Below are positions 27,074 to 40,900 of a stretch of DNA of 64,000 nt, piece after piece. This DNA comes from the human T2T-CHM13v2.0 reference genome, Homo sapiens. The stretch's first letter is position 1; each line of letters starts with the position of its first letter. Position numbers and translations under genes: made by a program. The stretch is taken from NCBI RefSeq assembly GCF_009914755.1, contig NC_060939.1; one strand, given 5' to 3'. Under the pieces are notes generated by a model that was not told the origin of the DNA, did no database searches, and saw nothing but the letters and a program-made list of their open reading frames with translations.

Positions 27074-30000
27074 TTCCAAATATCCACTTGCAGATTCTGC
27101 AAAAAGAGAGATACAAAACTGCTCTATCAAAAGATAGATTCGACTCTGTGAGTTGAATGCCAACATCGCAAAGAAGTTTCTCAGAATGCTTCTCTGCAGC
27201 TTTTTTGTGAGTATGTTTCGTTTTCCACCATAGGGCGAAATGGGGCTCCAAATATCCACTTGCATTTCCTACAAAAAGAGAGATTCTAAGCTGCTCAATC
27301 AAAACATTGTTTCAACACGGTTAGTTGAATGCACACATCCCAAAGATGTTTTTCAGAGTGCTTCTGTGTGGTTTTTATGTGAAGATACTTCCTTTTCCAC
27401 AATAGGCCTCAAATCTCTGTAAATATCCACTTGCAGACTCTACAAAGAGTGTTTCCAAACTCCTCAATCATAAGATAGGTTCAACTCCGATAGTTGAATG
27501 CACACATCACAAAGAAGTTTCTCAGAAAGCTTCTGTGTAGTTTTTGATGAAGATATCTTCTTCTCTAAAACAGAACTCCAAGCCCTCCAAATATTCACTT
27601 CAAGATTCTACGGAAAGATTGTCTCAAACTGCTAAATCAAAACAAAGGTTCAACTCTGTGTGATGAATGCATTCATCACAAAGAAGTTTCTCTGAGTGCT
27701 TCTGTGCAGTTTTTATTTGAAGATAATTGCTTTTCCAGTATAGGGCGAAATAGGGCTCCAAATATTCACTTGCAGATTCTACAGAAAGAGAGATTCCAAA
27801 CTGCTCAATCAAAACATAGGTTCAACACTGTGAGTTGAATGCATACATCGCAAAGAAGTTTCACAGAGTACTTCTGGGTGGTTTTTATTTGAAGATATTT
27901 CCCTTTCCACAATAGGCCTCAAAGCTTTCCAAATGTCCACTTGCAGATTCCACCAAAAGAGTGTTTCGAAACTGCTCAATCAAAAGAAAGGTTCTACTCT
28001 GTGGGATGAATGCACACATCACAAAGTAGTTTCTCAGAATGCTTCTGTGTAGTTTTTATGTGAAGATATTTGTTTTTCCACAGTAGGCCCCAAAGAGCTC
28101 CAAATATTCACTTGCAGATTCTACAAAAAGAGTGTTCCAAAACTGCTCAATCATGAAATAGGATCAACCCTGTGAGATGAATGTACGTATGACAGAGAAG
28201 TTTCTCAGAATGCTTCTGTGTAGTTTTTATGCGAAGATATTCGATTTTCCACAGTACGCCTCAAAGTTCTCCAATTATCCACTCGTAGATTCTGCAAAAA
28301 GAGAGATTCAAAACTGCTCAATCAAAAGATAGTTTCTACTCCATTAGCTGAAAGACCACATCACAAAAAAAGTTTCTCAGGATGCTTCTGTGTAGTTTTT
28401 ATGTGAAGATATTTGGTTTTCCACAGTAGGCCTCAAAGCGCTCCAAATATCCACTCACAGATTCTGCAAAAAGAGAGATTCAAAACTGCTGAATCAAAAG
28501 ACAGTTTCAACTCTGTGACTTCAGTGCACACCTCACAAGGATGTTTCTCAGAATGCTTCTGTGTAGTTTTTATATAAAGATATCTCCTTCTCCAAAATGG
28601 ATCTCAAAGTTCTCCAAATATTCACTTCCAGATTCTATGGAAAGATTGTCTCAAAACTGCTCAATCAAACCAAAGGTTCAACTCTGTGAGATGAATGCCC
28701 ACATCACAAAGAAGTTTCTCAGAGTACTTCTGTGTAGTTTCTATTTGAGGATAGTTCCTTTTCCACCACAGACCAGAAAGGGCTCCAAATATCCATTGCA
28801 GATGGTACAAAAAGTGAGATTCAAAACTGCTCAATCCAAAGGTAGTTTCAACCATGTGATATGAATGCACACAGCACAGAGAATTTTCTCAAAATGCGTC
28901 TGTCTAGTTTTTATTTGAAGATATTTCCTTTTCTACCATAGGCCACAAACGTCTCCAAATATCCACATGCAGCTTCTACAAAAAGAGAGATTCAAAACTT
29001 CTCAATCAAAAGATAGGTTCAACTCTGTGAGTTGAAAGCACACCTCACAAAGAAGTTTCTCAGAGTGCTTCTGTGTGTTTTTATGTGAAGATATTTCCTT
29101 TTCCACAATAGGCCTCAAAGCTCTCCAAATATCTGCGAGCAGAGTCTACAAAATGAGAGATTCAAAACTGCTCAATGAAAAGATAGGTTCAACTCTGTGA
29201 GTTGAATGCACACCTCCAAAGAAGTTTCTCAGAATGCTTCCGTGTAGTTTTTATGTGAAGATATTTACTTTTCCACAGTTGTCCCAAAGCTCTAAAATGT
29301 CCACTTGCAGACCCTCCAAAAGAGTGTTTCAGAATTGCTCAATCAAAGGGAAGGTTCAATTCTGTGTGACCAATGCACTCATCACAAAGAAGTTTGTCTG
29401 AATGCTTCTGTGTAGAATTGATTTGAAGATAATTCCTTTTCCACCACAGTCCGCAAAGGGCTAAAAATATCCACTTGCCGATTCCACAAAAAGAGAGATT
29501 CAAAACTGCTCAATCACAAGATAGGTTCAACTTGGTAATTGGAAAGCACACATGACAAACAATTTCTGAGAATGTTTCTGTGTAGTTTTTAAGGGAAGAT
29601 ATTTGATTTTCAAATGTAGGCCTCAAATCACTCCAAATATCCACTTGCATATTGTACAAAAAGAGAGATTCAAAACTGGTCACTCAAAAGTTAGGTCCAG
29701 CTCTGTGAGCTGAATGCACACATCACAAAGATGTTTCTCAGAAGGTTTCTGTATAGTTTCTATATGAAGATATTTGCTTTTCCACAATATGCCTCAAATC
29801 TCCCCAATTATCCACTTGCAGATTCTAGAAAAAGAGTGTTTCAAAACAGCTCAATCAAAATAAACTTTCAACTCTGTGAGATCAATGCACACATCACAAA
29901 GAAGTTTCTCAGAATGCTTCTGTGTAGTTTTTTTTGTGAAGATATTTGATTTTCCACAGCAGGCTTCCAAGCACTCCAAATATCCACTCGCAGATTCTGC

Positions 30001-30487
30001 AAAAAGAGAGATTCAAATCTGCTGAATCAAAAGATAGGTTTAACTCTGTGACTTCAATGCACACCTCACAAGGGTGTTTCTCAGAAAGCTTCTGTGTAGT
30101 TTTTATATGAAGATATCTCCTTCTCCAAAGCAGGTCTCAAAGCCCTCCAAATATTCACTTCAAGATTCTACGGAAAGATTGTCTCAACACTGCTAAATCT
30201 AAACAAATGTTCAACTCTGTGTGATGAATGCACTCATCACAGAGAAGTTTCTCTGAATGCCTCTGTGTAGTTTTTATTTGAAGATATTTGCTTTTCCAGT
30301 ATAGGGCGAAATAGGGCTCCAAATATTCACTTGCAGATTCTACAAAAGGAGAGATTCCAAACTGCTCAATCAAAACATAGGTTCAACACTGTGAGTTGAA
30401 TGCACACATCACAAAGAAGTTTCACAGAGTGCTTCTGGGTAGTTTTTATTTGAGGATATTTCCCTTTCCACAATAGGCCTCAAAGCT

Positions 30488-32536
30488 TTCCAAATATCCA
30501 CTTGCAGATTCTGCAAAAAGAGAGATACAAAACTGCTCTATCAAAAGATAGATTCGACTCTGTGAGTTGAATGCCAACATCGCAAAGAAGTTTCTCAGAA
30601 TGCTTCTCTGCAGCTTTTTTGTGAGTATGTTTCGTTTTCCACCATAGGGCGAAATGGGGCTCCAAATATCCACTTGCATTTCCTACAAAAAGAGAGATTC
30701 TAAGCTGCTCAATCAAAACATTGTTTCAACACGGTTAGTTGAATGCACACATCCCAAAGATGTTTTTCAGAGTGCTTCTGTGTGGTTTTTATGTGAAGAT
30801 ACTTCCTTTTCCACAATAGGCCTCAAATCTCTGTAAATATCCACTTGCAGACTCTACAAAGAGTGTTTCCAAACTCCTCAATCATAAGATAGGTTCAACT
30901 CCGATAGTTGAATGCACACATCACAAAGAAGTTTCTCAGAAAGCTTCTGTGTAGTTTTTGATGAAGATATCTTCTTCTCTAAAACAGAACTCCAAGCCCT
31001 CCAAATATTCACTTCAAGATTCTACGGAAAGATTGTCTCAAACTGCTAAATCAAAACAAAGGTTCAACTCTGTGTGATGAATGCATTCATCACAAAGAAG
31101 TTTCTCTGAGTGCTTCTGTGCAGTTTTTATTTGAAGATAATTGCTTTTCCAGTATAGGGCGAAATAGGGCTCCAAATATTCACTTGCAGATTCTACAGAA
31201 AGAGAGATTCCAAACTGCTCAATCAAAACATAGGTTCAACACTGTGAGTTGAATGCATACATCGCAAAGAAGTTTCACAGAGTACTTCTGGGTGGTTTTT
31301 ATTTGAAGATATTTCCCTTTCCACAATAGGCCTCAAAGCTTTCCAAATGTCCACTTGCAGATTCCACCAAAAGAGTGTTTCGAAACTGCTCAATCAAAAG
31401 AAAGGTTCTACTCTGTGGGATGAATGCACACATCACAAAGTAGTTTCTCAGAATGCTTCTGTGTAGTTTTTATGTGAAGATATTTGTTTTTCCACAGTAG
31501 GCCCCAAAGAGCTCCAAATATTCACTTGCAGATTCTACAAAAAGAGTGTTCCAAAACTGCTCAATCATGAAATAGGATCAACCCTGTGAGATGAATGTAC
31601 GTATGACAGAGAAGTTTCTCAGAATGCTTCTGTGTAGTTTTTATGCGAAGATATTCGACTTTCCACAGTACGCCTCAAAGTTCTCCAATTATCCACTCGT
31701 AGATCCTGCAAAAAGAGAGATTCAAAACTGCTCAATCAAAAGATAGTTTCTACTCCATTAGCTGAAAGACCACATCACAAAAAAAGTTTCTCAGGATGCT
31801 TCTGTGTAGTTTTTATGTGAAGATATTTGGTTTTCCACAGTAGGCCTCAAAGCGCTCCAAATATCCACTCACAGATTCTGCAAAAAGAGAGATTCAAAAC
31901 TGCTGAATCAAAAGACAGTTTCAACTCTGTGACTTCAGTGCACACCTCACAAGGATGTTTCTCAGAATGCTTCTGTGTAGTTTTTATATAAAGATATCTC
32001 CTTCTCCAAAATGGATCTCAAAGTTCTCCAAATATTCACTTCCAGATTCTATGGAAAGATTGTCTCAAAACTGCTCAATCAAACCAAAGGTTCAACTCTG
32101 TGAGATGAATGCCCACATCACAAAGAAGTTTCTCAGAGTACTTCTGTGTAGTTTCTATTTGAGGATAGTTCCTTTTCCACCACAGACCAGAAAGGGCTCC
32201 AAATATCCATTGCAGATGGTACAAAAAGTGAGATTCAAAACTGCTCAATCCAAAGGTAGTTTCAACCATGTGATATGAATGCACACAGCACAGAGAATTT
32301 TCTCAAAATGCGTCTGTCTAGTTTTTATTTGAAGATATTTCCTTTTCTACCATAGGCCACAAACGTCTCCAAATATCCACATGCAGCTTCTACAAAAAGA
32401 GAGATTCAAAACTTCTCAATCAAAAGATAGGTTCAACTCTGTGAGTTGAAAGCACACCTCACAGAGAAGTTTCTCAGAGTGCTTCTGTGTGTTTTTATGT
32501 GAAGATATTTCCTTTTCCACAATAGGCCTCAAAGCT
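30488..32536 (-). repeat. 12-monomer (2049-bp) HOR structural variant, copy 2
   Basis: Marker spacing 31955->34004 is 2049 bp, with the same hybrid junction at 32514-32536. Confidence 0.95.
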
Positions 32537-35500
32537 TTCCAAATATCCACTTGCAGATTCTGCAAAAAGAGAGATACAAAACTGCTCTATCAAAAGATAG
32601 ATTCGACTCTGTGAGTTGAATGCCAACATCGCAAAGAAGTTTCTCAGAATGCTTCTCTGCAGCTTTTTTGTGAGTATGTTTCGTTTTCCACCATAGGGCG
32701 AAATGGGGCTCCAAATATCCACTTGCATTTCCTACAAAAAGAGAGATTCTAAGCTGCTCAATCAAAACATTGTTTCAACACGGTTAGTTGAATGCACACA
32801 TCCCAAAGATGTTTTTCAGAGTGCTTCTGTGTGGTTTTTATGTGAAGATACTTCCTTTTCCACAATAGGCCTCAAATCTCTGTAAATATCCACTTGCAGA
32901 CTCTACAAAGAGTGTTTCCAAACTCCTCAATCATAAGATAGGTTCAACTCCGATAGTTGAATGCACACATCACAAAGAAGTTTCTCAGAAAGCTTCTGTG
33001 TAGTTTTTGATGAAGATATCTTCTTCTCTAAAACAGAACTCCAAGCCCTCCAAATATTCACTTCAAGATTCTACGGAAAGATTGTCTCAAACTGCTAAAT
33101 CAAAACAAAGGTTCAACTCTGTGTGATGAATGCATTCATCACAAAGAAGTTTCTCTGAGTGCTTCTGTGCAGTTTTTATTTGAAGATAATTGCTTTTCCA
33201 GTATAGGGCGAAATAGGGCTCCAAATATTCACTTGCAGATTCTACAGAAAGAGAGATTCCAAACTGCTCAATCAAAACATAGGTTCAACACTGTGAGTTG
33301 AATGCATACATCGCAAAGAAGTTTCACAGAGTACTTCTGGGTGGTTTTTATTTGAAGATATTTCCCTTTCCACAATAGGCCTCAAAGCTTTCCAAATGTC
33401 CACTTGCAGATTCCACCAAAAGAGTGTTTCGAAACTGCTCAATCAAAAGAAAGGTTCTACTCTGTGGGATGAATGCACACATCACAAAGTAGTTTCTCAG
33501 AATGCTTCTGTGTAGTTTTTATGTGAAGATATTTGTTTTTCCACAGTAGGCCCCAAAGAGCTCCAAATATTCACTTGCAGATTCTACAAAAAGAGTGTTC
33601 CAAAACTGCTCAATCATGAAATAGGATCAACCCTGTGAGATGAATGTACGTATGACAGAGAAGTTTCTCAGAATGCTTCTGTGTAGTTTTTATGCGAAGA
33701 TATTCGATTTTCCACAGTACGCCTCAAAGTTCTCCAATTATCCACTCGTAGATTCTGCAAAAAGAGAGATTCAAAACTGCTCAATCAAAAGATAGTTTCT
33801 ACTCCATTAGCTGAAAGACCACATCACAAAAAAAGTTTCTCAGGATGCTTCTGTGTAGTTTTTATGTGAAGATATTTGGTTTTCCACAGTAGGCCTCAAA
33901 GCGCTCCAAATATCCACTCACAGATTCTGCAAAAAGAGAGATTCAAAACTGCTGAATCAAAAGACAGTTTCAACTCTGTGACTTCAGTGCACACCTCACA
34001 AGGATGTTTCTCAGAATGCTTCTGTGTAGTTTTTATATAAAGATATCTCCTTCTCCAAAATGGATCTCAAAGTTCTCCAAATATTCACTTCCAGATTCTA
34101 TGGAAAGATTGTCTCAAAACTGCTCAATCAAACCAAAGGTTCAACTCTGTGAGATGAATGCCCACATCACAAAGAAGTTTCTCAGAGTACTTCTGTGTAG
34201 TTTCTATTTGAGGATAGTTCCTTTTCCACCACAGACCAGAAAGGGCTCCAAATATCCATTGCAGATGGTACAAAAAGTGAGATTCAAAACTGCTCAATCC
34301 AAAGGTAGTTTCAACCATGTGATATGAATGCACACAGCACAGAGAATTTTCTCAAAATGCGTCTGTCTAGTTTTTATTTGAAGATATTTCCTTTTCTACC
34401 ATAGGCCACAAACGTCTCCAAATATCCACATGCAGCTTCTACAAAAAGAGAGATTCAAAACTTCTCAATCAAAAGATAGGTTCAACTCTGTGAGTTGAAA
34501 GCACACCTCACAAAGAAGTTTCTCAGAGTGCTTCTGTGTGTTTTTATGTGAAGATATTTCCTTTTCCACAATAGGCCTCAAAGCTCTCCAAATATCTGCG
34601 AGCAGAGTCTACAAAATGAGAGATTCAAAACTGCTCAATGAAAAGATAGGTTCAACTCTGTGAGTTGAATGCACACCTCCAAAGAAGTTTCTCAGAATGC
34701 TTCCGTGTAGTTTTTATGTGAAGATATTTACTTTTCCACAGTTGTCCCAAAGCTCTAAAATGTCCACTTGCAGACCCTCCAAAAGAGTGTTTCAGAATTG
34801 CTCAATCAAAGGGAAGGTTCAATTCTGTGTGACCAATGCACTCATCACAAAGAAGTTTGTCTGAATGCTTCTGTGTAGAATTGATTTGAAGATAATTCCT
34901 TTTCCACCACAGTCCGCAAAGGGCTAAAAATATCCACTTGCCGATTCCACAAAAAGAGAGATTCAAAACTGCTCAATCACAAGATAGGTTCAACTTGGTA
35001 ATTGGAAAGCACACATGACAAACAATTTCTGAGAATGTTTCTGTGTAGTTTTTAAGGGAAGATATTTGATTTTCAAATGTAGGCCTCAAATCGCTCCAAA
35101 TATCCACTTGCATATTGTACAAAAAGAGAGATTCAAAACTGGTCACTCAAAAGTTAGGTCCAGCTCTGTGAGCTGAATGCACACATCACAAAGATGTTTC
35201 TCAGAAGGTTTCTGTATAGTTTTTATATGAAGATATTTGCTTTTCCACAATATGCCTCAAATCTCCCCAATTATCCACTTGCAGATTCTAGAAAAAGAGT
35301 GTTTCAAAACAGCTCAATCAAAATAAACTTTCAACTCTGTGAGATCAATGCACACATCACAAAGAAGTTTCTCAGAATGCTTCTGTGTAGTTTTTTTTGT
35401 GAAGATATTTGATTTTCCACAGCAGGCTTCCAAGCACTCCAAATATCCACTCGCAGATTCTGCAAAAAGAGAGATTCAAATCTGCTGAATCAAAAGATAG

Positions 35501-35950
35501 GTTTAACTCTGTGACTTCAATGCACACCTCACAAGGGTGTTTCTCAGAAAGCTTCTGTGTAGTTTTTATATGAAGATATCTCCTTCTCCAAAGCAGGTCT
35601 CAAAGCCCTCCAAATATTCACTTCAAGATTCTACGGAAAGATTGTCTCAACACTGCTAAATCTAAACAAATGTTCAACTCTGTGTGATGAATGCACTCAT
35701 CACAGAGAAGTTTCTCTGAATGCCTCTGTGTAGTTTTTATTTGAAGATATTTGCTTTTCCAGTATAGGGCGAAATAGGGCTCCAAATATTCACTTGCAGA
35801 TTCTACAAAAGGAGAGATTCCAAACTGCTCAATCAAAACATAGGTTCAACACTGTGAGTTGAATGCACACATCACAAAGAAGTTTCACAGAGTGCTTCTG
35901 GGTAGTTTTTATTTGAGGATATTTCCCTTTCCACAATAGGCCTCAAAGCT

Positions 35951-37999
35951 TTCCAAATATCCACTTGCAGATTCTGCAAAAAGAGAGATACAAAACTGCT
36001 CTATCAAAAGATAGATTCGACTCTGTGAGTTGAATGCCAACATCGCAAAGAAGTTTCTCAGAATGCTTCTCTGCAGCTTTTTTGTGAGTATGTTTCGTTT
36101 TCCACCATAGGGCGAAATGGGGCTCCAAATATCCACTTGCATTTCCTACAAAAAGAGAGATTCTAAGCTGCTCAATCAAAACATTGTTTCAACACGGTTA
36201 GTTGAATGCACACATCCCAAAGATGTTTTTCAGAGTGCTTCTGTGTGGTTTTTATGTGAAGATACTTCCTTTTCCACAATAGGCCTCAAATCTCTGTAAA
36301 TATCCACTTGCAGACTCTACAAAGAGTGTTTCCAAACTCCTCAATCATAAGATAGGTTCAACTCCGATAGTTGAATGCACACATCACAAAGAAGTTTCTC
36401 AGAAAGCTTCTGTGTAGTTTTTGATGAAGATATCTTCTTCTCTAAAACAGAACTCCAAGCCCTCCAAATATTCACTTCAAGATTCTACGGAAAGATTGTC
36501 TCAAACTGCTAAATCAAAACAAAGGTTCAACTCTGTGTGATGAATGCATTCATCACAAAGAAGTTTCTCTGAGTGCTTCTGTGCAGTTTTTATTTGAAGA
36601 TAATTGCTTTTCCAGTATAGGGCGAAATAGGGCTCCAAATATTCACTTGCAGATTCTACAGAAAGAGAGATTCCAAACTGCTCAATCAAAACATAGGTTC
36701 AACACTGTGAGTTGAATGCATACATCGCAAAGAAGTTTCACAGAGTACTTCTGGGTGGTTTTTATTTGAAGATATTTCCCTTTCCACAATAGGCCTCAAA
36801 GCTTTCCAAATGTCCACTTGCAGATTCCACCAAAAGAGTGTTTCGAAACTGCTCAATCAAAAGAAAGGTTCTACTCTGTGGGATGAATGCACACATCACA
36901 AAGTAGTTTCTCAGAATGCTTCTGTGTAGTTTTTATGTGAAGATATTTGTTTTTCCACAGTAGGCCCCAAAGAGCTCCAAATATTCACTTGCAGATTCTA
37001 CAAAAAGAGTGTTCCAAAACTGCTCAATCATGAAATAGGATCAACCCTGTGAGATGAATGTACGTATGACAGAGAAGTTTCTCAGAATGCTTCTGTGTAG
37101 TTTTTATGCGAAGATATTCGACTTTCCACAGTACGCCTCAAAGTTCTCCAATTATCCACTCGTAGATCCTGCAAAAAGAGAGATTCAAAACTGCTCAATC
37201 AAAAGATAGTTTCTACTCCATTAGCTGAAAGACCACATCACAAAAAAAGTTTCTCAGGATGCTTCTGTGTAGTTTTTATGTGAAGATATTTGGTTTTCCA
37301 CAGTAGGCCTCAAAGCGCTCCAAATATCCACTCACAGATTCTGCAAAAAGAGAGATTCAAAACTGCTGAATCAAAAGACAGTTTCAACTCTGTGACTTCA
37401 GTGCACACCTCACAAGGATGTTTCTCAGAATGCTTCTGTGTAGTTTTTATATAAAGATATCTCCTTCTCCAAAATGGATCTCAAAGTTCTCCAAATATTC
37501 ACTTCCAGATTCTATGGAAAGATTGTCTCAAAACTGCTCAATCAAACCAAAGGTTCAACTCTGTGAGATGAATGCCCACATCACAAAGAAGTTTCTCAGA
37601 GTACTTCTGTGTAGTTTCTATTTGAGGATAGTTCCTTTTCCACCACAGACCAGAAAGGGCTCCAAATATCCATTGCAGATGGTACAAAAAGTGAGATTCA
37701 AAACTGCTCAATCCAAAGGTAGTTTCAACCATGTGATATGAATGCACACAGCACAGAGAATTTTCTCAAAATGCGTCTGTCTAGTTTTTATTTGAAGATA
37801 TTTCCTTTTCTACCATAGGCCACAAACGTCTCCAAATATCCACATGCAGCTTCTACAAAAAGAGAGATTCAAAACTTCTCAATCAAAAGATAGGTTCAAC
37901 TCTGTGAGTTGAAAGCACACCTCACAGAGAAGTTTCTCAGAGTGCTTCTGTGTGTTTTTATGTGAAGATATTTCCTTTTCCACAATAGGCCTCAAAGCT
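35951..37999 (-). repeat. 12-monomer (2049-bp) HOR structural variant, copy 3
   Basis: Marker spacing 37418->39467 is 2049 bp, with the same hybrid junction at 37977-37999. Confidence 0.95.
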
Positions 38000-40900
38000 T
38001 TCCAAATATCCACTTGCAGATTCTGCAAAAAGAGAGATACAAAACTGCTCTATCAAAAGATAGATTCGACTCTGTGAGTTGAATGCCAACATCGCAAAGA
38101 AGTTTCTCAGAATGCTTCTCTGCAGCTTTTTTGTGAGTATGTTTCGTTTTCCACCATAGGGCGAAATGGGGCTCCAAATATCCACTTGCATTTCCTACAA
38201 AAAGAGAGATTCTAAGCTGCTCAATCAAAACATTGTTTCAACACGGTTAGTTGAATGCACACATCCCAAAGATGTTTTTCAGAGTGCTTCTGTGTGGTTT
38301 TTATGTGAAGATACTTCCTTTTCCACAATAGGCCTCAAATCTCTGTAAATATCCACTTGCAGACTCTACAAAGAGTGTTTCCAAACTCCTCAATCATAAG
38401 ATAGGTTCAACTCCGATAGTTGAATGCACACATCACAAAGAAGTTTCTCAGAAAGCTTCTGTGTAGTTTTTGATGAAGATATCTTCTTCTCTAAAACAGA
38501 ACTCCAAGCCCTCCAAATATTCACTTCAAGATTCTACGGAAAGATTGTCTCAAACTGCTAAATCAAAACAAAGGTTCAACTCTGTGTGATGAATGCATTC
38601 ATCACAAAGAAGTTTCTCTGAGTGCTTCTGTGCAGTTTTTATTTGAAGATAATTGCTTTTCCAGTATAGGGCGAAATAGGGCTCCAAATATTCACTTGCA
38701 GATTCTACAGAAAGAGAGATTCCAAACTGCTCAATCAAAACATAGGTTCAACACTGTGAGTTGAATGCATACATCGCAAAGAAGTTTCACAGAGTACTTC
38801 TGGGTGGTTTTTATTTGAAGATATTTCCCTTTCCACAATAGGCCTCAAAGCTTTCCAAATGTCCACTTGCAGATTCCACCAAAAGAGTGTTTCGAAACTG
38901 CTCAATCAAAAGAAAGGTTCTACTCTGTGGGATGAATGCACACATCACAAAGTAGTTTCTCAGAATGCTTCTGTGTAGTTTTTATGTGAAGATATTTGTT
39001 TTTCCACAGTAGGCCCCAAAGAGCTCCAAATATTCACTTGCAGATTCTACAAAAAGAGTGTTCCAAAACTGCTCAATCATGAAATAGGATCAACCCTGTG
39101 AGATGAATGTACGTATGACAGAGAAGTTTCTCAGAATGCTTCTGTGTAGTTTTTATGCGAAGATATTCGATTTTCCACAGTACGCCTAAAAGTTCTCCAA
39201 TTATCCACTCGTAGATTCTGCAAAAAGAGAGATTCAAAACTGCTCAATCAAAAGATAGTTTCTACTCCATTAGCTGCAAGACCACATCACAAAAAAAGTT
39301 TCTCAGGATGCTTCTGTGTAGTTTTTATGTGAAGATATTTGGTTTTCCACAGTAGGCCTCAAAGCGCTCCAAATATCCACTCACAGATTCTGCAAAAAGA
39401 GAGATTCAAAACTGCTGAATCAAAAGACAGTTTCAACTCTGTGACTTCAGTGCACACCTCACAAGGATGTTTCTCAGAATGCTTCTGTGTAGTTTTTATA
39501 TAAAGATATCTCCTTCTCCAAAATGGATCTCAAAGTTCTCCAAATATTCACTTCCAGATTCTATGGAAAGATTGTCTCAAAACTGCTCAATCAAACCAAA
39601 GGTTCAACTCTGTGAGATGAATGCCCACATCACAAAGAAGTTTCTCAGAGTACTTCTGTGTAGTTTCTATTTGAGGATAGTTCCTTTTCCACCACAGACC
39701 AGAAAGGGCTCCAAATATCCATTGCAGATGGTACAAAAAGTGAGATTCAAAACTGCTCAATCCAAAGGTAGTTTCAACCATGTGATATGAATGCACACAG
39801 CACAGAGAATTTTCTCAAAATGCGTCTGTCTAGTTTTTATTTGAAGATATTTCCTTTTCTACCATAGGCCACAAACGTCTCCAAATATCCACATGCAGCT
39901 TCTACAAAAAGAGAGATTCAAAACTTCTCAATCAAAAGATAGGTTCAACTCTGTGAGTTGAAAGCACACCTCACAAAGAAGTTTCTCAGAGTGCTTCTGT
40001 GTGTTTTTATGTGAAGATATTTCCTTTTCCACAATAGGCCTCAAAGCTCTCCAAATATCTGCGAGCAGAGTCTACAAAATGAGAGATTCAAAACTGCTCA
40101 ATGAAAAGATAGGTTCAACTCTGTGAGTTGAATGCACACCTCCAAAGAAGTTTCTCAGAATGCTTCCGTGTAGTTTTTATGTGAAGATATTTACTTTTCC
40201 ACAGTTGTCCCAAAGCTCTAAAATGTCCACTTGCAGACCCTCCAAAAGAGTGTTTCAGAATTGCTCAATCAAAGGGAAGGTTCAATTCTGTGTGACCAAT
40301 GCACTCATCACAAAGAAGTTTGTCTGAATGCTTCTGTGTAGAATTGATTTGAAGATAATTCCTTTTCCACCACAGTCCGCAAAGGGCTAAAAATATCCAC
40401 TTGCCGATTCCACAAAAAGAGAGATTCAAAACTGCTCAATCACAAGATAGGTTCAACTTGGTAATTGGAAAGCACACATGACAAACAATTTCTGAGAATG
40501 TTTCTGTGTAGTTTTTAAGGGAAGATATTTGATTTTCAAATGTAGGCCTCAAATCGCTCCAAATATCCACTTGCATATTGTACAAAAAGAGAGATTCAAA
40601 ACTGGTCACTCAAAAGTTAGGTCCAGCTCTGTGAGCTGAATGCACACATCACAAAGATGTTTCTCAGAAGGTTTCTGTATAGTTTTTATATGAAGATATT
40701 TGCTTTTCCACAATATGCCTCAAATCTCCCCAATTATCCACTTGCAGATTCTAGAAAAAGAGTGTTTCAAAACAGCTCAATCAAAATAAACTTTCAACTC
40801 TGTGAGATCAATGCACACATCACAAAGAAGTTTCTCAGAATGCTTCTGTGTAGTTTTTTTTGTGAAGATATTTGATTTTCCACAGCAGGCTTCCAAGCAC

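Larger units (their letters stand above)
21611..37999 (-). repeat. Super-HOR: three tandem 5463-bp 32-mers (20-mer + 12-mer)
   Basis: Junctions recur exactly 5463 bp apart. Linked SNPs recur at the same period (26196/31659/37122; 26242/31705/37168; 27001/32464/37927). Outer boundaries are approximate. Confidence 0.9.
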
